Below, one piece after another: positions 36,402 to 46,172 of a stretch of 56,518 nt of DNA. Location: contig JBEIPA010000033.1 in the NCBI GenBank assembly GCA_040377305.1, positions 1 through 56,518 of the forward strand, read 5' to 3'. Below the pieces are notes generated by a model. The model saw only the letters and a list, made by a program, of their open reading frames with translations. It was not told the DNA's origin and made no database searches. The number at the start of each line of letters is the position of its first letter. The first letter of the stretch is position 1. The position numbers were made by a program, and so were the translations under genes. Origin of the DNA: Flavobacteriales bacterium (lineage in GTDB: Bacteria > Bacteroidota > Bacteroidia > Palsa-965).

Positions 36402-39113
36402 CTATCGTTTGATGAACACCCAGCCGCGCGATTCCTGGCCGCTGTAAGTGATGATGTAGTAATATGTACCGTCGGGAAGATTGTCTCCACTGAGATTCTG
36501 TCCTGCCCACACTACGGTATCGTTATTATAGTCTGTTGCTTTCCATACTTCACTTCCCCAACGGTTGACAATTGTAACTGTGTTGTCGCTGTAGTAATCA
36601 AGTAGCGGGACTGTCCATGTGTCGTTGAATCCATCACCATTTGGTGAGAATGAATTGTACAATCCGAGTGTTTCCGGATTATCAATGTCAATTACAATAG
36701 AAGTTGTATCTGATCCGCACGCGTTAGTAACGATCAGTACAACCTGGTAAGTTCCGGGTGCAGTGTATTCGTGAACCGGATGTTGTTCGGAAGACATTGC
36801 GTTGTCACCGAAATTCCATGACCATGTAGTTGCTCCTGTAGAATTGTCTGTGAATGTTACGGTGAATCCGGTCTGTGCCGATCCGATAGAAGCTACCGGA
36901 GGATTGTTCGTAACCGTTACAGCAACTGCAGACGAAGTATCGCTACCGCACTGGTTAGTTGCGATTACATAATAAGATCCCGCACTACCAACTGTAATAC
37001 TTTGTGTAGTTGCGCCGTTTGACCAGAGCCATGAAGTTCCACTCACTGAAGTAAGTGTTACGGAGTCGCCAATGCAAAGATCAGTTGCGCCGCTTGCGGT
37101 AATGCCAGCCTGTGGTTCTTCGTTTACAGTAACACCTGTGCCTGATGAAGTTGCAGAACAACCATTAGCGTCCGTAACTGTTACAGAGTATAAACCTCCG
37201 TCAGTTACAACGATGCTCTGTGATGTTGCACCGTTAGACCAGAGCCATGATGTTCCGGTTCCCGAAGTAAGCGTTACGGAATCACCTTCGCAGAATGTTG
37301 TTGGTCCGTTCGCAGTTACAATTGCAACCGGAAGTGGATTTACAATTACGGATGTAACTGCCGATGTATCTGAACATCCGCTTCCATTGCTAACAATTAC
37401 CCAATAGTTGCCTGTTGTAACTACGTTGATTGCTTGTGTCGTTGCACCTGTTGACCACAGCCAGGTTGCTCCTGCGCTTGCGGTAAGTGTTAGCGCATCG
37501 CCCTGACAAATTGTAGTCGGTCCTGATGGTGTAATCGTAGCGACTGGTGTTGGTGTCACTGTAACACTTACTGATGCTGATGTATCGCTGCATGATCCTA
37601 TCGTAACAATTACATAGTAGTTACCACTGTTCTCAACAGTAATAGACTGTGTGGTTGCGCCGGTAGACCAGAGCCAGCTTCCACCTGCGCTTGCAGTCAA
37701 GAGAACTGTGTCGCCCGAACAGAAAGTGATCGGTCCTGCAGGCGTGATCGTCGCGGTTGGTGCGGGACTTACCGTTACGTTTATCGTTGCAGATGTATCG
37801 CTGCACGATCCGTTGCTGACAATTACCCAGTAGCTGCCAGCAGTGTTCACCGTAATTGATTGCGTAGTAGCACCGGTTGACCACAAATAGGTTTGACCAT
37901 TGCTCGCCGTGAGTGTTACCTGATCACCCTGACAAAGCGTTGTTGTTCCGGATGGTGTAATTGTCGCAACAGGTGTTGGTGTAACAGTAACTGTTGTTGT
38001 TGCAGATGTATCGCTGCACGAACCGATTGTAACAATTACCCAATAATTGCCGCTGCTAACAACCGTAATTGATTGTGTAGTATCGCCGGTTGACCAAAGC
38101 CAGCTTCCACCCGCGCTCGCAGTAAGTTGAACTGAATCGCCGGAGCAGAATGAAGTTGGTCCGCCAGGTGTAACCGTCGCAGTAGGTGCAGGATTTACCG
38201 TTACGTTAACTGAAGCAGTATCAATACAGGTGCCGTTCGTTATAATGACAGTAAACGAGCCAGTGCTATTCACAGAAATTGATTGTGTTGTTGCGCCCGT
38301 GGACCAGATGTAACTATCACCACTGCTCGCAAGAAGTGTTATAACATCGCCCTGGCACAGTGTGGTTGAACCTGATGGAGTGATTGTCGCGTTTGGCGCA
38401 GGTATAATATTGATAGTAACCGAATCTTCAATGGAAGAGCACGAGTTGAGATCTGTTACGTACACACTATATGTACCCGGCGAGTAAACAACAATAGATT
38501 GTGTGGTGTCGCCTGTAGACCACATATAGTACGCGGCTGTATTTGCAGTGAGTGTTACAGAATCGACCTCGCATGCATTCAGCGATCCGCTCGTTGTTAT
38601 TGTTGCAACCGGTACTGGATTTACATAAAGTTCTGTGGTAACAATACTGTCACAACCATATTGGCTACTTAGCCAGTCGAGATAGGAGCCGGGAGTGTTC
38701 TGCCACGCACCACCTAAGAAGATGCTATCACCACTGCAGATGGATACAGTATCGTCGATGAGGTAATCTGCACCGACGTGAATGATCACAACGGCAGTAT
38801 CACAAAGCGGAGGTACACCATCATCGCACAAAGAGTAGATGAGCGTGTCAGTTCCGGTGAATCCGACGTTTGGTGTGTAATTAATTGCGTTAAGATTAAC
38901 GGAAAATGAACCGTTAACCGAACCTGCGTAAATACTCAGTACAAGGGAGTCACCATCAGGATTTGTATCATTCTGCTGCACATAGATGGTGATCGTTGTA
39001 CTGCACATGTACACCGTATCATTAATCGCAATAGGTGGTAGGTTCTGACTGCGCACTGCGGAGGGGATAAGTGACAATACTAGTCCCAGTACACATGGTA
39101 TAATTCGTCTCAT
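36402..39113 (-). CDS. T9SS type B CTD (gliding motility-associated C-terminal domain) surface protein with Ig-like repeats and PKD domain
   Basis: NSFSPNGDG.ND.W, NRWG, GTYYY, GWVFIKR; W.FGD PKD; 8 repeats of about 71 aa; ATG 39113 preferred. Confidence 0.92.
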   Translation of the reverse strand: MRRIIPCVLGLVLSLIPSAVRSQNLPPIAINDTVYMCSTTITIYVQQNDTNPDGDSLVLSIYAGSVNGSFSVNLNAINYTPNVGFTGTDTLIYSLCDDGVPPLCDTAVVIIHVGADYLIDDTVSICSGDSIFLGGAWQNTPGSYLDWLSSQYGCDSIVTTELYVNPVPVATITTSGSLNACEVDSVTLTANTAAYYMWSTGDTTQSIVVYSPGTYSVYVTDLNSCSSIEDSVTINIIPAPNATITPSGSTTLCQGDVITLLASSGDSYIWSTGATTQSISVNSTGSFTVIITNGTCIDTASVNVTVNPAPTATVTPGGPTSFCSGDSVQLTASAGGSWLWSTGDTTQSITVVSSGNYWVIVTIGSCSDTSATTTVTVTPTPVATITPSGTTTLCQGDQVTLTASNGQTYLWSTGATTQSITVNTAGSYWVIVSNGSCSDTSATINVTVSPAPTATITPAGPITFCSGDTVLLTASAGGSWLWSTGATTQSITVENSGNYYVIVTIGSCSDTSASVSVTVTPTPVATITPSGPTTICQGDALTLTASAGATWLWSTGATTQAINVVTTGNYWVIVSNGSGCSDTSAVTSVIVNPLPVAIVTANGPTTFCEGDSVTLTSGTGTSWLWSNGATSQSIVVTDGGLYSVTVTDANGCSATSSGTGVTVNEEPQAGITASGATDLCIGDSVTLTSVSGTSWLWSNGATTQSITVGSAGSYYVIATNQCGSDTSSAVAVTVTNNPPVASIGSAQTGFTVTFTDNSTGATTWSWNFGDNAMSSEQHPVHEYTAPGTYQVVLIVTNACGSDTTSIVIDIDNPETLGLYNSFSPNGDGFNDTWTVPLLDYYSDNTVTIVNRWGSEVWKATDYNNDTVVWAGQNLSGDNLPDGTYYYIITYSGQESRGWVFIKR
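36910..38620 (-). repeat. Eight intragenic ~210-215-bp Ig-like domain repeats
   Basis: P.ATITP.G.T.C.GD.V.LTA....WLWSTG.TTQSI.V...G.Y.V.V....C repeated; boundaries approximate. Confidence 0.85.
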
Positions 39114-39164
39114 GAGGTTTGGTATGAATGTGTTTTCATGCAATTGTTTGTTGATTCACTCTAG

Positions 39165-39179
39165 TCAACAAGAGTGCCG
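39165..39179 (-). promoter_or_regulatory. sigma54-like -24/-12 promoter
   Basis: CGGCACTCTTGTTGA, 51 nt upstream of ATG 39113. Confidence 0.5.
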
Positions 39180-39565
39180 CAACAATTGCAAGGAATTCAC
39201 ATCTACCTTAACGTATGAACGATCGGGAAACATGTTCTAATGAACGACGAAAACGCACAATATGCCGATATGACGAGCTTGTGTGTTGTCTAGTGAAAAC
39301 GGGCATGTAATTGCACATGTTGGGAAGGGGATGAGCCAATGGGAAAATGCCGTCGGGTAATATGCGGAGATAGCTAACCTTTCTTGTTGCTCAATTGTTA
39401 GAATGAGATGCAAACTGATCAATCAGTTATTATGCATGCATAATAATTGCCCGTAAACTTAAACCGGGAACAAGATTTTGTGTCTCAGGTGCTCGACGGG
39501 TTATGCGGGTAAATTCATTTTGCATTTATTGGGAAAATTGTATTTTCACAATTCAAACGCAAATC

Positions 39566-40243
39566 ATGGATCCTGTCATTATTGGAATTTTGGTCGTTGT
39601 AGTTATTACAGCGCTAATTGTTCTTGGAGTTGTATTCTCAAAGAAGGCGATTGTACGCCGCGCGCTGAACAAAGCCCCATTGAAACGAATTCACGAAGTC
39701 CAAAGCGGAGAGAAAGCCAGGGTGGTTGGTCGGGTAGTCTACGCGGGCAAGGTGCTTACTTCGCCACTTTCGCGCCGTCATTGTGCAGCTTTCCACGTTG
39801 AAGTGCAGGAATACCGTCGACATGGAAAAAGCGGAAGTTGGGTAACTGTGATCAACGACGAACAAAAAGGTGATATTGTAATACACGACGGGATGGGAAA
39901 TGCGCACGTAGATATCACGGCACAATCACTCATGGTGAAGGATGCCAACTACTCTTCAGGAACTTTCAACGATGCCACACCGGAACTGCAGGAATATCTC
40001 CGCTTTCACGGTCGCGATGCAACAGGATTGTTAGGCTTCAACAAGCAACTCCGATACAAAGAAGGAATACTCGAACAGGGAGAACTGGTTGCGGCAGTTG
40101 GAGTAGGGACGTGGAATTCTGCACGCGCGAAGAATCTCAATCTTCCGAACGATAGGTTGCTCGTTCTTGGTCCGGATGAAAAAGGTAAGCTGTATATCAC
40201 CGATGATCCGGGGTTGATCAAAGTGGACCAGCAGATAAATTAA
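39566..40243 (+). CDS. Membrane-anchored GIDE-domain-like protein
   Basis: N-terminal TM; L.SPLS.R.C..., I.DG.G.A.V, Y.EGIL..GE.V...G. Confidence 0.65.
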   Translation: MDPVIIGILVVVVITALIVLGVVFSKKAIVRRALNKAPLKRIHEVQSGEKARVVGRVVYAGKVLTSPLSRRHCAAFHVEVQEYRRHGKSGSWVTVINDEQKGDIVIHDGMGNAHVDITAQSLMVKDANYSSGTFNDATPELQEYLRFHGRDATGLLGFNKQLRYKEGILEQGELVAAVGVGTWNSARAKNLNLPNDRLLVLGPDEKGKLYITDDPGLIKVDQQIN

Positions 40244-40321
40244 CAGCGTTTGATGCTCCACATTTTCAGATAAGGAAGGAACCCGTTGTCTGATAATCGT
40301 AAGGTTATAGAATAATCAGCT

Positions 40322-41035
40322 ATGATGTTGTTGCAAATGCTACTCGCGAGCGGAAGTTCATTCCTGTTCTTCCTTGTACTTATTGGTGGGGTGGTCTTGA
40401 TTATTTATGTATTCACCTATGACAGAATGCGGTCAGCGGTTAAGAATGTGTTCGCAAAAAATCCCTATAGCGATTTAGCGAAAGTGAAAAATGGGGAGTA
40501 TGTGAAGATCAAAGGAACGGTATGGGATGGTGGCCGAAGAATAATTGCACCACTTTCAGAACGGACATGTGTTTATTGCCACATTGAAGTATTGCACAGA
40601 GTGGGCTCAGGAAGAACCAGGTACTGGGACACTTTGATGGAAGAGGAGATTATGGGTGATCTGATTCTGAAATCAGGTAATCACTTTGCGGTGATTCAGG
40701 GAGATTCTTTAATAACACATCTTGTGTTTGACAAAGTTTACACCACTGGTTTCCTGAATAGCGCGAAAGGAAATGTTGAACGTTTTCTCAAACAACATGG
40801 TCATGAGTTAACCGATTGGATTGGATTCAATCGCGAAATGGAATTAAAGGAAGGCATACTGCGTCGGGGCGAAGAGTTTGCTGTTACCGGCAGAGGACAA
40901 TGGATTGCAGCATCTGAACTGAATTTTACGATTCCTGCGCAAAAGGTTTTCCTGATTACAGAGACTAAAGAAGATCGCGTTTTTCTCTCTGAAGATCCAT
41001 CTTTGGTCAAACCAGAACTGTATAAGCCTAAGTAA
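40322..41035 (+). CDS. Second GIDE-domain-like paralog
   Basis: Collinear with upstream gene (APLSERTC, W.T...E..GD, G.NR....KEGIL..GE, DP.L.K). Confidence 0.65.
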   Translation: MMLLQMLLASGSSFLFFLVLIGGVVLIIYVFTYDRMRSAVKNVFAKNPYSDLAKVKNGEYVKIKGTVWDGGRRIIAPLSERTCVYCHIEVLHRVGSGRTRYWDTLMEEEIMGDLILKSGNHFAVIQGDSLITHLVFDKVYTTGFLNSAKGNVERFLKQHGHELTDWIGFNREMELKEGILRRGEEFAVTGRGQWIAASELNFTIPAQKVFLITETKEDRVFLSEDPSLVKPELYKPK

Positions 41036-41065
41036 CACAGTTTTCCCCTGTTAACAATTCCTCCT

Positions 41066-41100
41066 GACTGCCTACCGACCAACTGCCCGACTGCCGACTG
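41066..41100. repeat. Degenerate short tandem (GACTGCC-like) repeats
   Basis: gactgcc..ccgaccaactgcccgactgccgactg. Confidence 0.55.
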
Positions 41101-41107
41101 TTTAAGG

Positions 41108-41115
41108 TATCTTTG
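41108..41115 (+). promoter_or_regulatory. Bacteroidota -7 promoter element
   Basis: TATCTTTG, 8 nt before ATG 41124. Confidence 0.6.
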
Positions 41116-41123
41116 CGTACCGC

Positions 41124-41951
41124 ATGTCCTTAAAAATCTCTTCGATCAACTCCGGTTCAAACGGAAATTGCTACTACATCGCTAATGATGAGGAAGCTGT
41201 ATTAGTTGACGTAGGTATTTCCCTGAAAGAAATTGAACGTCGCATGTTGCGTATCGGACTGAATATGCAGAAAGTGAAAGCCATTTTCATTTCGCATGAA
41301 CACATCGATCACGTGCGTGGAGTAGAAGGGACGTCGCGCCGTTATAAAATTCCCGTGTATATTTCTGAAGGAACATTACGAAATAGCCAGGTGAAGATTG
41401 ACGCTGAACTTATTCGTTCGTTCGAAGCACACAAACCAATTGCAGTAGGAAACCTTTCTGTAATCGGATTCGGCAAACGACACGATGCAGCAGATCCTTA
41501 CAGTTTTGTGATTGAAGGAAACGGTGTAACAATAGGAGTTTTCACCGACATCGGGTCTTGCTGTGAAAACGTTACGACCTACTTCAAATGTTGTCACGCA
41601 GCTTTTCTCGAATCAAATTACGACGATCAAATGCTTGCGAATGGCAGGTATCCAGCTTTTCTGAAGGAACGTATATCCGGAACTCATGGACATTTGTCGA
41701 ATCAGCAGGCGCTCGATTTATTTCTGAATCACAAATCCGGTTACATGAGTCTCGTTATGCCGGCACATTTATCTCGAGACAACAACAACGCGAAACTCGT
41801 TCACGATTTGTTTACGCAACACGCAGGTAATACAAAGGTTGTTGTGGCTTCCCGTGATACCGCGACGCCAGTGTTTACAGTTACTGCTGAATCGGTCGAC
41901 GGACAATTCAATGTTGATACTTCAGATAAACAGCAGTATTCACTGTTCTAG
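41124..41951 (+). CDS. MBL-fold metallo-hydrolase (YycJ/WalJ-like)
   Basis: SGSNGN, SHEHIDH, HDAADP, TDIG, ESNYD, GHLSN, HLS..NN. Confidence 0.9.
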   Translation: MSLKISSINSGSNGNCYYIANDEEAVLVDVGISLKEIERRMLRIGLNMQKVKAIFISHEHIDHVRGVEGTSRRYKIPVYISEGTLRNSQVKIDAELIRSFEAHKPIAVGNLSVIGFGKRHDAADPYSFVIEGNGVTIGVFTDIGSCCENVTTYFKCCHAAFLESNYDDQMLANGRYPAFLKERISGTHGHLSNQQALDLFLNHKSGYMSLVMPAHLSRDNNNAKLVHDLFTQHAGNTKVVVASRDTATPVFTVTAESVDGQFNVDTSDKQQYSLF

Positions 41952-41990
41952 GTTGTGAATTAAGAAGGCGTTCTGCACTAGCCTTTTGTC

Positions 41991-43100
41991 TCAATCAATC
42001 TTCGGCCAGATAAAGTTCTTCCATTTCACCGTTCGCGGTAAATCGTCGCCCATGAGTTCTCCCCACGGTTTGAGTTGATCGACATTCTCCAGCGTTACTT
42101 TCAGCAAAGCCATTAACGGGATCGCGAGAAACATACCAGCTACTCCGGAGATAATTCCCCCTGCGATGACACCTGCGATGGAGAAGAATGCATTTATCCG
42201 TACCCGATGTCCAACCAATTTCGGTAGTAGAATATTGTTGTCTATAAACTGAACACATGCAAATCCTATAATCACAAATAGAATCTGTTGCGACTCTGCT
42301 CCGGTTGCAAGCGCGATGAGAATACCCATACTGCCTGCGATCATTATTCCTATATATGGAATCATGTTCAGCACTCCGGTAATCAATCCGATGAACACAA
42401 AATATTTTACTCCAACAATCCACATGGCTAAAGTCTGTAGCAACGAGACGGTCGCCATCTCCAGAAACAATCCGGCGATATAACCTTGCATTGCATATTT
42501 AGCTTCATAGATAATGGTGGCCATACGATCACGATTTTTCTCACCAAACACTTTGAGTAGAAAATTCAGAAACAAAACGCGATAGAACATCACGAGGAAA
42601 AGCAGGACCGGAACAACAACTGCAGCAGTGAAAAGTCCAGCTAACGTACTCATCGTGCTGGCTGCAACATTGCCGGGTCCATTAGTCGCCGCTTGCTCTG
42701 TAGCATTGTCAATATATTCTCTTTGAGTAGAGTATTCTATGCCTAAACTTTGTGAAAGCCAAACCTGAATGCGAATAAACTGGAATTGCAGATTTTGCTT
42801 CAGCTCCGGTAAATCGTTCATGAATCGGGTGAGCTGATAGGTTATGAAGAATATCAACGCAGCGATGAGGAACATGAAAAGGAAAACCGTAATAAGAATG
42901 GAAAGTACGCGAGGTATTTTCCATTTTGTATTCAGAAATTTTTCCACCGGACGCAGAACCACACCAAGTAGTATTGCAAATAGAACGGGAACAACCACAG
43001 CTTTACCAAGTACCATGAATGCGATTACTAACGCAATACACAGGAGAGCGATTGTGGCTTTTGTAACGATGTTTCTGTCGTTAAGCTCTGTTTTTAGCAT
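41991..43100 (-). CDS. AI-2E family transporter
   Basis: LN.IPYIG, Q.IDNNIL.P..VG, GMFLAIP. Confidence 0.9.
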   Translation of the reverse strand: MLKTELNDRNIVTKATIALLCIALVIAFMVLGKAVVVPVLFAILLGVVLRPVEKFLNTKWKIPRVLSILITVFLFMFLIAALIFFITYQLTRFMNDLPELKQNLQFQFIRIQVWLSQSLGIEYSTQREYIDNATEQAATNGPGNVAASTMSTLAGLFTAAVVVPVLLFLVMFYRVLFLNFLLKVFGEKNRDRMATIIYEAKYAMQGYIAGLFLEMATVSLLQTLAMWIVGVKYFVFIGLITGVLNMIPYIGIMIAGSMGILIALATGAESQQILFVIIGFACVQFIDNNILLPKLVGHRVRINAFFSIAGVIAGGIISGVAGMFLAIPLMALLKVTLENVDQLKPWGELMGDDLPRTVKWKNFIWPKID

Positions 43101-43123
43101 AGATGTCAGTTATTCCCATATTG

Positions 43124-43804
43124 TTAGCCGCCGAAAACAAATCCAGCGGAGAATCCGAGTGTTCCTAAACGAAGCGCATCGCTCCGATCAGGATTTGAAA
43201 TGCGATTGAATGTTGAAAGTCCCTGATCGTAAAACAAACCGAGGTGTAGTCGCGTAAGAAACAAACCTGCATTCACGCGCGCACCATAGTCAACTTTCTG
43301 CATGGAACTATACGCACCGCCTTGATCTGCAGGCGTCGCTTTAATGTTATCAAAAGAAATGGCTTCGTTGTAACCGAAATCTGTCCCTTCCTGGCGACCA
43401 TAAACTCTGTTCCTCCCGCCGATACCGATTGACGCGTATGGACCAGCTCCAACGTACATTCCTGCAAATTCTCCTAAGCGAAGATTGAGGTTGAACGTTG
43501 CAGGTACTTCAAGGTAGAATGGATTCGTTTCGGAAATGAAATAGTCGCCTTGGCCGTTTACATCACCATAACTTACTCTTCCGCCTTTTCCTGTTACTTG
43601 AATTCCGGGTTGGAAACTGAAAATCAGGAATGGCAGATTTGCCATAACGCCTACATGGAACGACTGCAAGCTGGAATTGTTTTCCGGGCCTTTATTCGTG
43701 TTACTGATGTTGTTGATATTAACACCGCCGTGCACACCGATCACCCGCTGCGCGTAAGCTGCACTGAGTGCAAAAACTAACGCAATACTGAGTAATGTTT
43801 TCAT
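43124..43804 (-). CDS. Outer-membrane beta-barrel (porin family/PorT-like) protein
   Basis: Signal peptide, G..GG.N, YLEVP, GAGPY, DYG...G, terminal FS.GF.F. Confidence 0.85.
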   Translation of the reverse strand: MKTLLSIALVFALSAAYAQRVIGVHGGVNINNISNTNKGPENNSSLQSFHVGVMANLPFLIFSFQPGIQVTGKGGRVSYGDVNGQGDYFISETNPFYLEVPATFNLNLRLGEFAGMYVGAGPYASIGIGGRNRVYGRQEGTDFGYNEAISFDNIKATPADQGGAYSSMQKVDYGARVNAGLFLTRLHLGLFYDQGLSTFNRISNPDRSDALRLGTLGFSAGFVFGG

Positions 43805-43840
43805 CTTCACTGTGTATTTAAAATGATCTACACAGTGAAT

Positions 43841-43855
43841 TCAAATCCCGTTCCG
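43841..43855 (-). promoter_or_regulatory. sigma54-like -24/-12 promoter
   Basis: CGGAACGGGATTTGA, 36 nt before ATG 43804. Confidence 0.5.
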
Positions 43856-43898
43856 TATCCGTATTTGGTGGAATTCAGCCGATTGCACGTGTTTGAGC

Positions 43899-43930
43899 AA
43901 AAAAAATGTGGAGATCTCTCCACATTTTTT
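43899..43930. terminator. Inverted repeat downstream of the NtrC-family gene: terminator and/or activator site
   Basis: AAAAAATGTGGAGA-TC-TCTCCACATTTTTT; contains GTGGA-N6-TCCAC. Confidence 0.6.
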
Positions 43931-43944
43931 CTACACTTGTTGCG

Positions 43945-45336
43945 CTACATAATTTTGTACTGCTTGAGCTTATTATATAAAGTCTTGCGATCGATGTCCA
44001 GCATCTTGGCAGCTTTCGACTTGTTGTAATTCACTTGCTTGAGAATCTCGAGAATCTTTTCATACTCTGCATTAAGAGCTACAGACTTAAGCTTATTCGG
44101 CGATTCTTCATTCGCAAGATGCGCAGGTCCATCGAATGAGAATTTCTCCCCAAACGAAATTTCATGCGGCAGTGAATTCAAACGAACTTCATCTCCCGAC
44201 GTAAGAAGCGCAACACGTTTTACCACATTGTTCAATTCACGAAGGTTTCCTGGCCAACGATATTTCTGGAACACAGCAATTACTTCGGGTGAAAAGCTGT
44301 TGATCTGTTTTCCAAGTTCAATACACGCTTTTTTCAGGAAGTGATTCGCAAACATCTCAACGTCTTTACCGCGCTCACGGAGCGGGTATAGGTTAATGCT
44401 AAACTCGTTGAAGCGGTGATACAAATCTTCGCGGAATTTCTTTCCGTCACTTAAGCGTTCATTCGATGCAACAAGAATTCGCACATCAATCTCAATTTCT
44501 TTCAGCCCGCCTAAGCGACGAACTTTTCTTTCCTGAATTACGCGCAGAAGTGCAACCTGTGTATCGTATGGAAGATTCGCAACCTCATCGAGGAAAATCG
44601 TTCCTCCGTTTGCAGATTCGAAGTGTCCGATTTTCTGAGTAAGAGCACCGGTAAAGGCGCCTTTCTCGTGACCAAACAATTCACTTCCCGCAAGTTCTTT
44701 CGTTAACGCACCGCAGTCAACCGCAATAAACGGTTTTGTGCGACGTGAACTGTTCATGTGGATTGCATGTGCAATGGATTCCTTGCCCGTACCGCTTTCA
44801 CCATAAATAATAACACTGTATGGTGTAGGCGCAACGAGCATGATCTGACGATCAATTTCTTTCGCTTGCGGACTGATACCGGTAATGTAATCCGGGTCGA
44901 TGTTCGCAGCACCACTAAGTCCTTTCGCAGGAGTAGTTACGCCGGAAATACTTTCTTTTCCGGAACGTACATCATCCGTTTTATTGAGCGCTTTCTCCAC
45001 GAGCATCAGAATTTCATCGGGAAGCAAAGGCTTCGTAATGTAATCGTATGCGCCCATCTTGATTACATCAACAGCGATTTTCACATCAGAGTAACCTGTT
45101 ATGATAATTACCTGTGATGTAGGATCTTTTTCTTTAACCGCTTTCAGTATTTCGCGACCATCGCTATGGCCTAAACGAAAATCGGATAACACCAGGTCAA
45201 ATGTGGTGTTCTTAATCAATCCGAATGCGGTGGATGGATTGTACGCTGTTTTCACAGCATAGCCGTGTTTGGATAAGAACCTGTCTAAAAGGTTACATAT
45301 ATCCATATCATCGTCAATGACCAAAATCTTTTGCAT
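43945..45336 (-). CDS. sigma54-dependent response regulator (NtrC family; REC-AAA+-HTH_8)
   Basis: GESGTGKE, SELFGHEKGAFTGA, FLDE, WPGNLREL, IDRKTLYNKL. Confidence 0.96.
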   Translation of the reverse strand: MQKILVIDDDMDICNLLDRFLSKHGYAVKTAYNPSTAFGLIKNTTFDLVLSDFRLGHSDGREILKAVKEKDPTSQVIIITGYSDVKIAVDVIKMGAYDYITKPLLPDEILMLVEKALNKTDDVRSGKESISGVTTPAKGLSGAANIDPDYITGISPQAKEIDRQIMLVAPTPYSVIIYGESGTGKESIAHAIHMNSSRRTKPFIAVDCGALTKELAGSELFGHEKGAFTGALTQKIGHFESANGGTIFLDEVANLPYDTQVALLRVIQERKVRRLGGLKEIEIDVRILVASNERLSDGKKFREDLYHRFNEFSINLYPLRERGKDVEMFANHFLKKACIELGKQINSFSPEVIAVFQKYRWPGNLRELNNVVKRVALLTSGDEVRLNSLPHEISFGEKFSFDGPAHLANEESPNKLKSVALNAEYEKILEILKQVNYNKSKAAKMLDIDRKTLYNKLKQYKIM

Positions 45337-45422
45337 AATCGAGTGATTAAAAGGTCAATGATTTCCAACAAATGCGAGAGGAATTGCCAGGCCTCATTAG
45401 GTTTGAGTTTTATAAAAGTACG

Positions 45423-45776
45423 TCAAATAATACTATTTGGTTGCACTTTCTTTGGTGTTTTCAGTATAAAGTGATCAGCTACTTTCTTTAGTATAATACT
45501 GATCAGGTAATTTTTCAATCCACGGTTTTTTCGAAATACAATCCGATCGATTAGCGCATGTGCGCCCATATCTGCAGCTGCTTGCGCGATTCCCATTTGA
45601 AGATCGGGTTGATCACGAATATCTTTCAAAGCATTGCGTATCATGTTCGACGCACGTAACGACTGGTGTACTTCTGACAGATCGACTTTAAGTTGTTGTT
45701 CCTTTTCGTCCATCCGCGTATTCAAGTAGCTTATTCTCGCTTTAAGCTGCTTTCTTGTGTTGATCCTGCTTGTCAT
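45423..45776 (-). CDS. Hypothetical protein
   Basis: Operonic ORF overlapping the end of the holin-like gene; ATG 45776. Confidence 0.65.
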   Translation of the reverse strand: MTSRINTRKQLKARISYLNTRMDEKEQQLKVDLSEVHQSLRASNMIRNALKDIRDQPDLQMGIAQAAADMGAHALIDRIVFRKNRGLKNYLISIILKKVADHFILKTPKKVQPNSII

Positions 45777-46167
45777 GTTCTTCTTTCTCCTCTTTCTCTT
45801 CCTCTTCATCATTCGCTACGCGATCAATAAAGAGATTCATTAAAGGTGTTTGCAGCAGTTTGTTTCGGACAAGAATCAGTACGATTGCTACGAATCCGTA
45901 TCCACCTGCAACGATCAAAAAACCTAACCAGGTTTCACCTAACGCTTTTCCAATTCCGTAAGCAGCGGCTATAGTTAGCATGACGACACAAATGATTCCA
46001 AGGAATCCGATAATGCCCCATGTAATTGCAGCCGATGCTGTACCGAATAGTTTATCCCACATCTTTAGTTCAAATAGTTCCCTTCTTATTCCGATGTATT
46101 CTTTCAAATGATCGGAAAGCTGACCTATTTCTGTTTGTGGATCTTCAATATGTTCGTCGGGTGTCAT
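45742..46167 (-). CDS. Phage-holin-family (DUF1469-like) two-TM membrane protein
   Basis: Y...R.EL..L, two TMs, GFLIVAG.Y; follows YtxH-like gene. Confidence 0.75.
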   Translation of the reverse strand: MTPDEHIEDPQTEIGQLSDHLKEYIGIRRELFELKMWDKLFGTASAAITWGIIGFLGIICVVMLTIAAAYGIGKALGETWLGFLIVAGGYGFVAIVLILVRNKLLQTPLMNLFIDRVANDEEEEKEEKEEHDKQDQHKKAA

Positions 46168-46172
46168 GATGG

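Noticed and set aside
39215-39247. ATGAACGA direct repeat as a LytTR site
   Set aside because: Period is 25 bp rather than 21-22 and no matching -7 element was found.
45742-46167. Prophage, suggested by the holin-family gene
   Set aside because: No phage structural, lysis or integrase genes; this family commonly sits beside YtxH-like stress genes.
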